Shown here: in pieces, positions 9,726-19,935 of the stretch
Position numbering within the stretch: position 1 is the stretch's first letter
Layout: each line of letters begins with the position of its first letter
From: Candidatus Bathyarchaeia archaeon
GTDB lineage: Archaea; Thermoproteota; Bathyarchaeia; 40CM-2-53-6
NCBI GenBank assembly: GCA_050013255.1
Contig: JBEKFP010000002.1
Span: 672,001-736,000 of the forward strand
Direction of reading: 5' to 3'
DNA: 64,000 nt
The notes under the pieces: generated by a model
Databases searched by the model: none
Seen by the model: the letters and a program-made list of their open reading frames with translations, nothing else
Told to the model about the DNA's origin: nothing
Translations under genes and position numbers: made by a program

Positions 9726-10358
9726 CTATATCTTGCTGGCCGTAACTATGTATACCACTGAATCACCAATGTAACAAGCGTGGTCGGCAATCCGCTCTAG
9801 GTATCTCATAACTAGCGTTGAGGCAAGTGCACATTTCACGGATATCGTCTTGTCTCCAGTGATTTGTTTCATGTAGTCAAGGTACATCTTGTCAACCAGA
9901 TCGTCCTCGGGGCGCAACGATCTTGCGAGCTTTGTGTCCTTGGTGCGGAAGGATTGTACGCTAGTTTGAATCATCTGAGTAACTCGTCCCGAAAGCTCTT
10001 CAACAGGCGTCCTGTCGCATAGTGAGACATCTCCGAAAATTTCAAGGACCTGGGCGATGTCATATGCGTACCTACCGAATCTCGAGAAACCATACGCGAT
10101 TTCGAGACACGACTTTATGTAACGCAGGTCTGAGGCAACGGGTTGGTAACGGGCAAGTAATTCGACTGCGAGTTCTTCAACCTCGTTGGACAGGGTCGAT
10201 AGTTGACGCGCGCGGTCAAGGGCTTGCTGGGTAATTTGTTCTCCTTTCGCGTAGGCTTGGATCGCCCTCATCACAGAGTCTTGGGCTAGGTTGCCCATAT
10301 CGCTGATGGCATTCGATAGCCTCTCAAGGCCCATATCCATTAGGCGTGGCAATGTCAT
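9726..10358 (-). CDS. phoU: Phosphate signalling protein PhoU
   Basis: ARYQPVASDLR, DDLVD, RYLERIADHA. Confidence 0.93.
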   Translation of the reverse strand: MTLPRLMDMGLERLSNAISDMGNLAQDSVMRAIQAYAKGEQITQQALDRARQLSTLSNEVEELAVELLARYQPVASDLRYIKSCLEIAYGFSRFGRYAYDIAQVLEIFGDVSLCDRTPVEELSGRVTQMIQTSVQSFRTKDTKLARSLRPEDDLVDKMYLDYMKQITGDKTISVKCALASTLVMRYLERIADHACYIGDSVVYIVTASKI

Positions 10359-11123
10359 TCAACCAAATTTTCCACTAATGTAGCGCTCAGTTAGTTCATT
10401 CTTTGGATTCGAGAAGATTTGTTCCGTGATTCCGAATTCAATCAACTTACCCAGGTACAGAAAGCCAGTAAAGTCAGAGATCCGAGCGGCCTGTTGCATA
10501 TTGTGCGTTACGACGATAATCGTGTAAGTTTCCTTTAGCTTGACTATCAGTTCCTCAATCTTTGCCGTCGCAACTGGGTCGAGGGCTGAACATGGTTCAT
10601 CCATGAGAACAATTTCTGGCTCCACAGCCAAGGCGCGTGCGATGCAAAGCCTTTGTTGCTGGCCTCCCGAAAGACTTGATCCAGACTCATTCAACCGGTC
10701 ACCAATTTCATCCAACAAGAAGGCCTGCCTCAGATTCTGCTCAACCTTCTCAGCAATCAACTTACGGTCTCTTACTCCGTTCAACCGAAGGCCAGCCGCT
10801 ACGTTATCAAAAACGGACATGGTCGGAAACGGGTTCGGCCGTTGAAATACCATCCCGATCTTTCGACGAACGGTCACAGGATCCACATCCTCAGAAAGCA
10901 CGTCCGCATCGTCGAGCACGATCCTACCAGAAACCCACGCGCCGGGAGTAACTTCATGCATCCGGTTAAGACAACGAATGAACGTCGATTTTCCGCAGCC
11001 AGACGGCCCAATCAGGGCAGTAACAGCGTTCTCTTTGAACTCGATACTGATTTTCTCCAAGACTTGTTTCTTAGCGAAACCTGCGCTGAGGTCTTCGACC
11101 CGAAGTTTATTTTCCAAATCCAA
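10359..11123 (-). CDS. pstB: Phosphate ABC transporter ATP-binding protein
   Basis: [38 protein letters not shown]; TTG 11123 likely start. Confidence 0.96.
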   Translation of the reverse strand: MDLENKLRVEDLSAGFAKKQVLEKISIEFKENAVTALIGPSGCGKSTFIRCLNRMHEVTPGAWVSGRIVLDDADVLSEDVDPVTVRRKIGMVFQRPNPFPTMSVFDNVAAGLRLNGVRDRKLIAEKVEQNLRQAFLLDEIGDRLNESGSSLSGGQQQRLCIARALAVEPEIVLMDEPCSALDPVATAKIEELIVKLKETYTIIVVTHNMQQAARISDFTGFLYLGKLIEFGITEQIFSNPKNELTERYISGKFG

Positions 11124-11322
11124 TGAATTTCTCCCGTCGCTCGCAACTCTAGACTTTCTTATCAATTCGACTAGAGCATTTGAATTAATCAATGCTGGTC
11201 TAGGGACTCTCGCCAGGCACCATAGTTGAAGGTAAGGCATGCGACTCGTATAGATACATGTGCTTGCGCGTAATCATCATGGTATTCCACTAAATACGAT
11301 CATGGAGGCATGTGCAGACACG

Positions 11323-12501
11323 ATGATGAATATGTCTAACCAAACAAGCAAACGAAATGTTCGATACGTGATTATTGCTATCGTTATAATAGTGATAATT
11401 GCAGGCGGACTCTACTACCAAACAACACTGAACATGGGCAATACATCGACTACCAGCATGATGACTGAATCCAGCCAAGTCCCGGTTTCCTTACTCGGCG
11501 CTGGGGCCACCTTCCCAGCTCCACTCCTCCAAAAATGGACTGTGCAATATGGCCAGCTAAACCCCTCCATCACTATCAGTTACAACCCGATCGGCAGTGG
11601 TGGCGGAATCCAACAGATTACTCAGAAGACGGTTGACTTTGGCGCGTCTGATGCTCCACTAAACGACAACCAACTCGCGGCAGCTCCAGGACTTGTGCTC
11701 TTCCCCGAAACTCTCGGGGGGGTGGCAGTTACCTATAACCTCGTCCAGTTCGGAATCGCAAATACTACGATTCTTCACTTCACGGGCCCCGTCCTCGCAG
11801 CCATATATGCAGGCAACATTACCAAATGGAATGACCCACAAATCCAAGCACTTAACCCTGGCATCGCCCTTCCCAACAACCAGATTATCGTGGTTCACAG
11901 ATCCGACGGAAGTGGGACCACCTACGCGTTCACGAACTATCTTTCAGTCGTCGATAGTGCGTGGTCGAGCGAGGTAGGATACAGCACCTCAGTAACGTGG
12001 CCGGTTGACAAGCTAGCAACGGGCGTAGGTTCCAAAGGGAACGCAGGCGTTGCCGGGACTGTAGTGAACACTCCAGGAGCAATCGGATACGTTGATGTCA
12101 TCTACGCAGTTCAGAACCACTTAGGAGTAGGCGGAGTGCAGAACGCCGCAGGAAACTTCGTGGCACCCAACTTACAGACCATTCTCTGGGCTGCTGCAAA
12201 TGCAACCGGGACACCAAACCCTGTCGACTTACGGTTGCACATAGTCAACGCGTCTGGCGCCCAGTCTTATCCCATCGCAACCTACACATACATTCTTGTC
12301 TACAAAGACATGTCAGCACAACCAAATATGAGCTTGGACAAGGCGAAAGCACTCGCGAAGTTCCTGTGGTGGGCAATACACGATGGACAACAATACTCTA
12401 CAGCTTTGATCTACGTACCACTTCCACAAAACGTTGTGGCCGCAGATGAACAACTCCTGATGTCGCTAAACTATCAAGGCCAACCATTAGTCAGTCAGTA
12501 A
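11323..12501 (+). CDS. pstS: Phosphate ABC transporter substrate-binding protein
   Basis: N-terminal TM anchor; GAGATFP, GSGGGI, DFGASD, HRSDGSGTT; exact start uncertain. Confidence 0.95.
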   Translation: MMNMSNQTSKRNVRYVIIAIVIIVIIAGGLYYQTTLNMGNTSTTSMMTESSQVPVSLLGAGATFPAPLLQKWTVQYGQLNPSITISYNPIGSGGGIQQITQKTVDFGASDAPLNDNQLAAAPGLVLFPETLGGVAVTYNLVQFGIANTTILHFTGPVLAAIYAGNITKWNDPQIQALNPGIALPNNQIIVVHRSDGSGTTYAFTNYLSVVDSAWSSEVGYSTSVTWPVDKLATGVGSKGNAGVAGTVVNTPGAIGYVDVIYAVQNHLGVGGVQNAAGNFVAPNLQTILWAAANATGTPNPVDLRLHIVNASGAQSYPIATYTYILVYKDMSAQPNMSLDKAKALAKFLWWAIHDGQQYSTALIYVPLPQNVVAADEQLLMSLNYQGQPLVSQ

Positions 12502-12506
12502 ACAAA

Positions 12507-13481
12507 ATGATGAACTCGAATCCACGAAGCCGCGCCCAAAAGCGGGCGCGGCCTCCAAATTTCTTTTTTCTTATCCTCGGGTTAGCCGCAGTCATAATCC
12601 CCATCATTGCAGCATTGATGCTATACGAAATTGGTAACGGCAGCCTCAGCTCCATAGATGCCTTTGGAGTCAGTTTCCTTTTCAGTTCCGACTGGATCCC
12701 TAACCCACCCAACGGTGGACCACCCATTCTTGGGGCGCTGCCCTCTATCTACGGCTCGATTGTCACAACGGCGCTTGCCTTAGTTCTTGCAGTCCCCGTT
12801 AGCCTAGGAGTTGCTCTTTTCCAGAGTGATTTAGCACCTATCAAACTGAGGGTCCCGTCGATGTTCATGATAGAGATGCTCGCTGCAGTTCCGAGCGTTG
12901 TGTACGGCCTTTGGGCACTACTTGTTTTGGTTCCCTTCATGCGAGATTACGTCAATCCACAGTTGAAATCAAGCTTAGGATTCCTACCGCTATTTACTGG
13001 CCCCACAACAGGTCTTGGAATGTTGACTGCGGGCGTCATACTGGCCATTATGATAATCCCTTACGGATCAGCCGTGATGCGAGAGGTGATCTCTGCCGTA
13101 CCCCGAAGTCAACGTGAGGCTAGCATAGCCCTTGGTGCAACAAATTGGGAAATGATTCGCACCGCAGTTCTCCCATTCGCGCGAGCTGGAATTATCGCGG
13201 CGGTTGTGCTCGCCATGGGGCGAGCCATTGGCGAAACCATGGCTGTGACGATGGTGATAGGAAACGTTGCCAGAATTTCACCATCACTCTTCCTGCCCGC
13301 CGAGACGATACCGAGCGTTATCGCCAACGAATTTACAGAGGTCGCCGGCAACGACGTCTACCTATCCGCATTGTTCGAGCTAGCACTAATTCTGTTTGCA
13401 ATTGCCTTCATAATGAACCTCGTAGGAAGGGTCGTCATCAATAGACTGAGCTTCAAGGTTCGAGGTGAGCTTCCTGCTTAG
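12507..13481 (+). CDS. pstC: Phosphate ABC transporter permease
   Basis: EMLAAVPSVVYGLW, GRAIGETMAV, IANEF. Confidence 0.95.
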   Translation: MMNSNPRSRAQKRARPPNFFFLILGLAAVIIPIIAALMLYEIGNGSLSSIDAFGVSFLFSSDWIPNPPNGGPPILGALPSIYGSIVTTALALVLAVPVSLGVALFQSDLAPIKLRVPSMFMIEMLAAVPSVVYGLWALLVLVPFMRDYVNPQLKSSLGFLPLFTGPTTGLGMLTAGVILAIMIIPYGSAVMREVISAVPRSQREASIALGATNWEMIRTAVLPFARAGIIAAVVLAMGRAIGETMAVTMVIGNVARISPSLFLPAETIPSVIANEFTEVAGNDVYLSALFELALILFAIAFIMNLVGRVVINRLSFKVRGELPA

Positions 13482-14319
13482 CCACAGCAGACGAAGAAAG
13501 GCAGGCAACGCATTATACATCATCCTCGCGACGGCCTGCTTTTTCGCGGCCTTAGTCCCGTTGATTTCAATTCTTTACGAAACGATCGCACACGGAGCCG
13601 CCGCTCTGAGCCTCGCATTCTTCACCCAAGTTAGTCCCCCAATAGGGGGTAACGGGGGAGGAATACTGAACGCGATTGAAGGAAGTCTAGTGATGGTGGG
13701 CTTAGCTTCTCTCATAGGGGTTCCAATCGGGGTTTTTGCTGGAGCATACCTCGCTGAATATCCTGGGAAATTTGGGTACTACGTGAGGCTTCTGGCAGAG
13801 GTTCTAACCGGAGTGCCATCAATTGTAACTGGAATCTTCATCTACGAGTTGATAGTGGCCACCCAGCATAGGTTCTCAGCTTTCAGCGGCGGAGTCGCAC
13901 TTGGTGTCATGATGGTCCCAATTGTTGCAATTTCGACGCATGAATCGCTAAAGCTCGTTTCCTCTTCCATAAGAGAGGGTGGCTTGGCCTTGGGGATTTC
14001 TCGGGCCAAGACGCTAGTGTATATTCTCCTCAGCTCCGCAAGGAGCGGCGTCATCACTGGCATCGCACTAGCGGTTGCTCGCGTTATGGGTGAAACTGCA
14101 CCCCTACTATTTACTGCACTCGGAAGTCAGCTCATGATGACAAACATCAACGACCCCGCATCTTCACTAACATTGCTCATTTTCGACTTTGGCACGTCTC
14201 CGTACGAAAACGCCCATGCACTAGCATGGGGAGCTGCTCTTACATTGCTTGTTATCGTACTAAGCCTCAGTATAGTGGTTAGACTTGCATCACGCCTGAA
14301 GGTTTCTGGAACAGAATGA
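13465..14319 (+). CDS. pstA: Phosphate ABC transporter permease
   Basis: YLAEY, GVPSIVTG, ARVMGETAPLLFT, AWGAAL. Confidence 0.95.
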   Translation: MSFLLSHSRRRKAGNALYIILATACFFAALVPLISILYETIAHGAAALSLAFFTQVSPPIGGNGGGILNAIEGSLVMVGLASLIGVPIGVFAGAYLAEYPGKFGYYVRLLAEVLTGVPSIVTGIFIYELIVATQHRFSAFSGGVALGVMMVPIVAISTHESLKLVSSSIREGGLALGISRAKTLVYILLSSARSGVITGIALAVARVMGETAPLLFTALGSQLMMTNINDPASSLTLLIFDFGTSPYENAHALAWGAALTLLVIVLSLSIVVRLASRLKVSGTE

Positions 14320-14558
14320 CATAACCAAGAACCAATTAAGTCCGCGCGAAAAGTTGACAAGCTGGAATCGGGGAAGTAGACAGATCTTCTCTGCCTACTT
14401 ACACCGAGACAACTTAGCACCATCACGCCAGAAGGCCAGCCTTCTATAGTAATCGCGTAGATTCACAGTGTTCTCGCGAGTTCTATACGCATCTTTCTTC
14501 TACTTGATTATGCTCATCTCAGGGCAGAACTCAAGAACGCTTGAACGTGTTGGTTGAA

Positions 14559-14720
14559 ATGGAAAAAACAACAGGAAACGCATGCCCCAGATGCGGGTTG
14601 GGAACTTTCAACATATACTATGATGACGGAACCGATTTGCAACTTGGGGCTTTGTGCGATTCATGCGGCCTCAAAGGCTTCTTCGCAAACGACAAGCTTG
14701 TTCCACTAGCACTTGCCTGA
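14559..14720 (+). CDS. Zinc-ribbon microprotein (53 aa, not in ORF track)
   Basis: MEKTTGNACPRCGLGTFNIYYDDGTDLQLGALCDSCGLKGFFANDKLVPLALA*; two CxxCG knuckles. Confidence 0.75.
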   Translation: MEKTTGNACPRCGLGTFNIYYDDGTDLQLGALCDSCGLKGFFANDKLVPLALA

Positions 14721-14739
14721 ACCGCGGAGCGAATAAGGA

Positions 14740-14931
14740 TTGGTAAGCAGACTTCAACACAGAGGAAGAGTCATCTTCCAATGCGAATATTGCGGTTTCG
14801 GTTACGAAGATCTTGGCACATCAGAGAGATGCGAAGAATTCTGCGCTACCCATAGCAGCTCCTCCACTAGAATAACTCGGACTGCCGTTTACGTTCCCTC
14901 CGTTCGCACCATCCCCGTAACAGTGGCCTGA
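14740..14931 (+). CDS. Small Cys/His zinc-finger protein
   Basis: FQCEYCGFGY...CEEFCATH; directly downstream of the previous microprotein. Confidence 0.75.
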   Translation: MVSRLQHRGRVIFQCEYCGFGYEDLGTSERCEEFCATHSSSSTRITRTAVYVPSVRTIPVTVA

Positions 14932-15027
14932 GCAGTTGAAACTTCAGCGCATTTCTGTTCCTCGTGCTGCTGTTCAGCCTTTCCCCTTCCGTGCGACACC
15001 TTCCTATGTCACAGGATAATAGTTGAA

Positions 15028-16440
15028 CTAGTTATCGACTCGTTTTCGGCGAAGGAACAGAATGGCGGTGATTGCGCCAACAAGCCCGAGCAGCGCTACG
15101 ATAATTCCCGCAATGGGAGCTAAAGCTGTGTTCAGGTTTGTTGCTTGCGGAATTAGGTTCATGTCGCTGACAGTAAGGTGAAAATTCATGGAATACCCGA
15201 CATTCAGGGTGCCGTTGTACTGCCTCGATGCCAAGACACCGGCGCTATTCGTCGCCTTGCTCACGAATAGTTTGAACCCTGCGTTTCCTCCCGACGTCAC
15301 TACGAGTTCGTATTCGCCGGTTGGGTTAACTATTAACAAATCTTCTGAAGAATTGTGAGTAATTGAAGCATTTGGAATTTCCTCGACAAGTTTTCCTGTT
15401 TGGGGGTTGACCCCTAGGGGCCTTTGCTCTTCGTCATAGATCGTAAGGTAGGCATAGAGCGATCTCAACTCGGCGTATAGATAGGTTTCAGCAGGAGGAT
15501 TAGGGATGGTAGGTGGACCAACCACCCCGGTTGCGATAGCAGACACGTATATCCCTTGATCAGCTCCACCGCCAGACCAATAGAATTCCCCACTCGTACT
15601 GTTCCACACGAGGTCCATCGAAGCTTCGCCTGTAGCCAACATCCCCAGGCAACCACCAACAACGAGGCAACGAAGAGTTTTCACCGTAGCTTCACGCCAG
15701 AATCCATCCGCGGATTCGACTAAGATAGGCCCGATAGTTCCAACTGTGTCATTCCTGAAGACTGCAATCGCGGAACTGTCCAATCCAACAACAACCAGCT
15801 CAAATGGTGAACTGCCCCATGGGGGCCCTTTTTCTGGGACAGTTCCTATGTAGCATGGGCATATAATCGAGGCTGGAATCGCCCACGTTGTTGCGCCGAA
15901 ATTGTTGGACATCTGGAGCACGTACATTGAGCCTTCGTTCGAGATGTGTGAGTAGAAGATGAATGATTGAGGGAATGAAACAGGGTCGGTGTAGAAAGGG
16001 GCGCGGCATGAAAGCCTGCGACTCGATTCGGGTTCGCACAAAACGGGTTGGCGGGCCGTGGAGCTATTCCAAACTTGGAAGGTAAACGTTCCGTAGTAAG
16101 TCGGACTCTCAAGCTTGGCTAACTCAACCGTGTTCTGAGCCCATAGAACGAAGTTACCGAGTGAATCAGAGATCCAAAAATTCTGTTGGATAGAAAAACA
16201 ATCTACAAGGTTGGGCCGTAAGCAGTCCTCGATTGGACGCTCACCAAGTATGGAATAAGCGTCCGCCATCCCGAACGTGATCTTACTCCAAACGGAGACC
16301 GCTTGATGACCGAGGACTGCAAATGGGATTCTTTCGAAAGAAACCGTCGGTTGAGCGGAAAAGAGGACGACTAACAGTAAGAGGGCTCCCCCTCTTTTAG
16401 CGGCTGCTCTAATAGGACCGCTCGAAGCCCATCTTTTCAT
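15028..16440 (-). CDS. Secreted, C-terminally anchored protein with thermopsin (peptidase A5)-like domain
   Basis: Signal peptide; SIQQN..WAQN..QVWN..ELVVVG..TGEA resemble thermopsin blocks; C-terminal TM + RRKR. Confidence 0.55.
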   Translation of the reverse strand: MKRWASSGPIRAAAKRGGALLLLVVLFSAQPTVSFERIPFAVLGHQAVSVWSKITFGMADAYSILGERPIEDCLRPNLVDCFSIQQNFWISDSLGNFVLWAQNTVELAKLESPTYYGTFTFQVWNSSTARQPVLCEPESSRRLSCRAPFYTDPVSFPQSFIFYSHISNEGSMYVLQMSNNFGATTWAIPASIICPCYIGTVPEKGPPWGSSPFELVVVGLDSSAIAVFRNDTVGTIGPILVESADGFWREATVKTLRCLVVGGCLGMLATGEASMDLVWNSTSGEFYWSGGGADQGIYVSAIATGVVGPPTIPNPPAETYLYAELRSLYAYLTIYDEEQRPLGVNPQTGKLVEEIPNASITHNSSEDLLIVNPTGEYELVVTSGGNAGFKLFVSKATNSAGVLASRQYNGTLNVGYSMNFHLTVSDMNLIPQATNLNTALAPIAGIIVALLGLVGAITAILFLRRKRVDN

Positions 16441-16533
16441 TCTATCTCACCAAGTGAATTTGAGGAAGTCTTATACAATGTTGGCGTTCAGGCCTCTTTC
16501 CATGACGTTGCAAATGCATACGAGGGACCAAGG

Positions 16534-17649
16534 ATGAATTCGACGCAAACTCAAGCGGATGGGTATAGGCTGCGTCTTGAAAGACTGAGAAAATCGATAG
16601 CTGTGAATGGGCTTCAAGGAATGATTCTCGTCCCCGGCCCAAACCTAAGATACTACACAGGCGTCAATTCGATGCTTTTGGAAAGGCCATTCCTATTCTT
16701 TGTAAGCAAAGAAGGAGACCCGCACCTTGTCGCGCCGACGCTCGAATCAGGCCCTTACCTGACAAACCCCGTCCACATGGTCGTACATTCCTGGGACGAT
16801 GGGGTAGGTCCAAGGAACGCAATTGAAGGTGCGGTTCAGCAAATCGGAATACAGGGCAAATGGGGGCTGGAGGGTAGAGTACCTTACCAGTACATCAGCA
16901 CATTGCTCAAGTCGTCACAACCCCAGCTCGAGAATGCCGAACCGATTCTTCAGGGGATAAGAGCGCGAAAGGAGTCCGGGGAAATTAAGCTGCTGCAGTA
17001 TGCTGCCTTGATTCTTTCCAAAGCATTCTTGAAGATTCCAGGTATGCTGAAACCAGGGATGACTGAACTGGAATTAGCCCGGAAGGTTTCCGAAGAGATT
17101 ACGCGGAACGGTGCCGAATCCGTGGAAGATGTGCTCGTCCAATCCGGAGCGATGGCTGCGCACTGTCACCATCTGCCGAGTGCCAAGAGAATAAACCGAG
17201 ACGAGAGCATCGTTGTTGATACCTCATGCTCGTCCTCTGGTTACGTCGCGGATATTACTCGTACATTCATTATCGGTAAAGACCCGACATTCGAAGGCAT
17301 CTACCGAAAAGTACTCGACGCAGAGGTCGCCGCAATAAGCGCATCACAGCAAGGAGTTACTGTTGGGTCGATTGACCACGCGGCCCGAGGCCGCCTTCAC
17401 GAGTATGACCTCGACAAGTATTTTGTTCACAGGACGGGGCACGGGTTAGGGCTTGAGGTCCACGAGGCACCATACATCGTACCTGGAGGTAACGAAATGG
17501 TTGATGCATCGATGGTCTTTACAGTTGAACCAGGTGTCTACATAGAGGGGAAAACGGGAATAAGAATCGAAGATGACCTCGTGGTCACGAAGCAGGGGAG
17601 AAGGGTACTTACGAAGGTTCTTCCAAAGGAATTCGGGTGGTGGCGCTAG
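16534..17649 (+). CDS. Xaa-Pro peptidase (M24B)
   Basis: NLRYYTG, ADITRT, HRTGHGLGLEVHE, TVEPGVY, GIRIED. Confidence 0.95.
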   Translation: MNSTQTQADGYRLRLERLRKSIAVNGLQGMILVPGPNLRYYTGVNSMLLERPFLFFVSKEGDPHLVAPTLESGPYLTNPVHMVVHSWDDGVGPRNAIEGAVQQIGIQGKWGLEGRVPYQYISTLLKSSQPQLENAEPILQGIRARKESGEIKLLQYAALILSKAFLKIPGMLKPGMTELELARKVSEEITRNGAESVEDVLVQSGAMAAHCHHLPSAKRINRDESIVVDTSCSSSGYVADITRTFIIGKDPTFEGIYRKVLDAEVAAISASQQGVTVGSIDHAARGRLHEYDLDKYFVHRTGHGLGLEVHEAPYIVPGGNEMVDASMVFTVEPGVYIEGKTGIRIEDDLVVTKQGRRVLTKVLPKEFGWWR

Positions 17650-17678
17650 CGCCACATATCCGAATTATTTGTGCCAGG

Positions 17679-18524
17679 TTACTTGGAAATCAGCGAGCAA
17701 CTCAGACAGGCCGGGTTCCCGCAGAGCAATGCGTTGGGTTGTTTCTCGATGAGAGATTCTGCCCGGTCAATCAGAGTCTTCATCGAGTAGGCTTGTGAGT
17801 TTGCGGCTCCAATCTTTGTCTCTTTGAAATCTTTGCTCCCAAGGTAAGCCTTGAGTTTTTCGAAGCCATTGCTGCATCCCAGCGCGGTGATGTCAACCCA
17901 CGTACGCTCCTTCGAGGTGAACGTGAGGGCGCGCTCTCGCACGAACTTGGCACTCAGCTTTAGTTGCTCGGCTACATGAATGGCCGTTACCGAATCGAAA
18001 CCCACGCCAACAGCTAAGACCTTTGGATCCGGCTTCAGGAATCTCTTGATTGGTAGGAGTGGGTCTTCTAATGAATAATTCCGGACTAGGTCGTCTCCGT
18101 GCTTTCCCACGGCGACGAACGAATATGCTGGGTGGGCGCTTCGCCTCGAAGAGGGCCAACTGCATAACCTCTGGGCGATTACCCCGATGTTTCTGTCAGG
18201 TTGCAATTCGGGAATGAATGGCAAATGCCGGTCTTCATGACTCTCGCACCAACACCCAGGCTTGGTATTGTTCTCATGTGAGTTGGTATGTCTTGTGATT
18301 GAGGTGAAGGTCGGCATCAACAGTGTCCCGGTTTTGCCGAGGACGCCCAGCAACCGGTGCAACACCATCGCGGCGCCCCCATCAACTGCTCCGATATTGT
18401 CGAGGAACGCATGCATTATGATTCGGTCGCCTTCACGAAGGCCAAGCTGCCTGAAGCCTTCTGTTAATTCTTCTGGAGACACTTTTCTCGGCTCTACGGC
18501 ACTTGGTTGGATTGCCGATGTCAT
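17679..18524 (-). CDS. AAC(3)-family N-acetyltransferase
   Basis: LGLREGD.IIMH, GTLLMPTFT, RSAHPAYSF, TAIHVAE; C-terminal Cys cluster. Confidence 0.85.
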   Translation of the reverse strand: MTSAIQPSAVEPRKVSPEELTEGFRQLGLREGDRIIMHAFLDNIGAVDGGAAMVLHRLLGVLGKTGTLLMPTFTSITRHTNSHENNTKPGCWCESHEDRHLPFIPELQPDRNIGVIAQRLCSWPSSRRSAHPAYSFVAVGKHGDDLVRNYSLEDPLLPIKRFLKPDPKVLAVGVGFDSVTAIHVAEQLKLSAKFVRERALTFTSKERTWVDITALGCSNGFEKLKAYLGSKDFKETKIGAANSQAYSMKTLIDRAESLIEKQPNALLCGNPACLSCSLISK

Positions 18525-19138
18525 CGAGCTCTGCTCACTTTCCCGATTCTTGGAAGTATCATCATGATCTCGGAAGGGTCCCCTATCGCGAGGTAGCTTC
18601 CCTCAGCGTAATCTTTGGAAACGAGGGCGCAGTTGATTGAATCGAGTTCGTCGCCTGTCAAATCCCTTGTAATGATATCTCCTTTACACCCGAGCCTAAG
18701 AAGACTCTGTTGAAGTTCTGGTAGGCCACGCTGTTTCCGTGGAATCCCGAGCAAGTCCTGCGCGGCGCCCGGAAAGGTTTCAAATACTTCAAGGTTCAGC
18801 CGTTGGAGCTTTTTCTTGAGCCGAATCCCTCTGGCTGTGAGGGTTCTCATTGGGCCGATTGTTATCGGAAAGAATTTGATTCCCATCCAGGTTAGAACCC
18901 TATCACAGGCTCGAAAGTGCGCCCGACCACGGCAATGCTCTCCAAGACAGTGGCGGCCTTTGGGTAGCGCGAGGGGCGCATCAACCCCCACGTACTTGGC
19001 TCCGCTTCTCCGTACGAATGCAAGAATCTCATCGTCGCCATGGAGGATAGCACATTTCACCTTCATTTTTCCATCAATCACACAACCGCCCGTTGGACGG
19101 TTTGGGGACCCCGCCAAATCCAGACCAACATAATTCAC
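18521..19138 (-). CDS. DUF429-family RNase H-like protein
   Basis: VGLDLAG, GVDAPLALP, R.CD, ETFPG, DELD. Confidence 0.85.
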   Translation of the reverse strand: MNYVGLDLAGSPNRPTGGCVIDGKMKVKCAILHGDDEILAFVRRSGAKYVGVDAPLALPKGRHCLGEHCRGRAHFRACDRVLTWMGIKFFPITIGPMRTLTARGIRLKKKLQRLNLEVFETFPGAAQDLLGIPRKQRGLPELQQSLLRLGCKGDIITRDLTGDELDSINCALVSKDYAEGSYLAIGDPSEIMMILPRIGKVSRAR

Positions 19139-19158
19139 GTATCACTGCCCCCTGATCA

Positions 19159-19791
19159 TCATAGCGCAACCAAAAGGCCGAGTGCAATGAGGATGCTTGC
19201 TGGGATTATTTTCTGAAAACGCGTGAAACCTGACCGTTTCCTTAATGAATTGCTAACATGGCCGGCGACCGTAGCTACGATTACATTTACACTCGTTCCA
19301 GACGTATCAAACAGTAAACCCAGAAATATCATCTGCGGGGCGAGCGCGCCCTTTGACCGGTCGATAAATTGTGGAAGAAAGGCCAAGAAGAAAAGCGCAA
19401 CCTTCGGGTTGAGGATGTTCGTTGTGACACCCTGACGAAAAACACTTCGGAGGCTATGGCTGCTCGTTAAGGCAGACGAGTCTGCTGATGCTTTACTGTT
19501 GCTTCTTGCTAGAAGCATACGGACTCCTAAGTAGATGAGGTAAACTGCGCCCGCATATTTGATGAAATCAAAGGCTATGGGAAAAGAGAGGAGTATCGCA
19601 GACAGCCCGATTGCTGCAACGAATGTATGCACTAACGTTCCTGCTCCGATTCCGAGCGCCGATACGATACCGGCCCTTCTTCCCTGCTCTAGGCTGCGGG
19701 AGATTACGTACAGCATGTCTGGGCCCGGGGAAATATTCAATGCGAGCGCGGCAAGTAAGAACACTGGAAGGGAAGCGGTGCCAGGCATCAA
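19159..19791 (-). CDS. LysE/RhtB-family translocator
   Basis: SPGPDMLYV, KYAGAVYLIYLG, TNILNPKVALFF. Confidence 0.93.
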   Translation of the reverse strand: MMPGTASLPVFLLAALALNISPGPDMLYVISRSLEQGRRAGIVSALGIGAGTLVHTFVAAIGLSAILLSFPIAFDFIKYAGAVYLIYLGVRMLLARSNSKASADSSALTSSHSLRSVFRQGVTTNILNPKVALFFLAFLPQFIDRSKGALAPQMIFLGLLFDTSGTSVNVIVATVAGHVSNSLRKRSGFTRFQKIIPASILIALGLLVAL

Positions 19792-19935
19792 GGCAAACTC
19801 AATCTTTTCGATGTGATTTCCTATTTTTCGACGAGTATGTTCAATTTCAAGTGGCCAGCCAGCAATTTATGCTGGCACCCGTGTCGAACCTTTAATGCCT
19901 CAGAATCAAACCGCCCTTATTTGCGTGTGTGGACT

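Noticed and set aside
9695-9730. Pho-box-like TTCTA repeats upstream of the PhoU regulator
   Set aside because: Spacing is irregular and the motif is not clearly repeated at the pstS/pstB promoter
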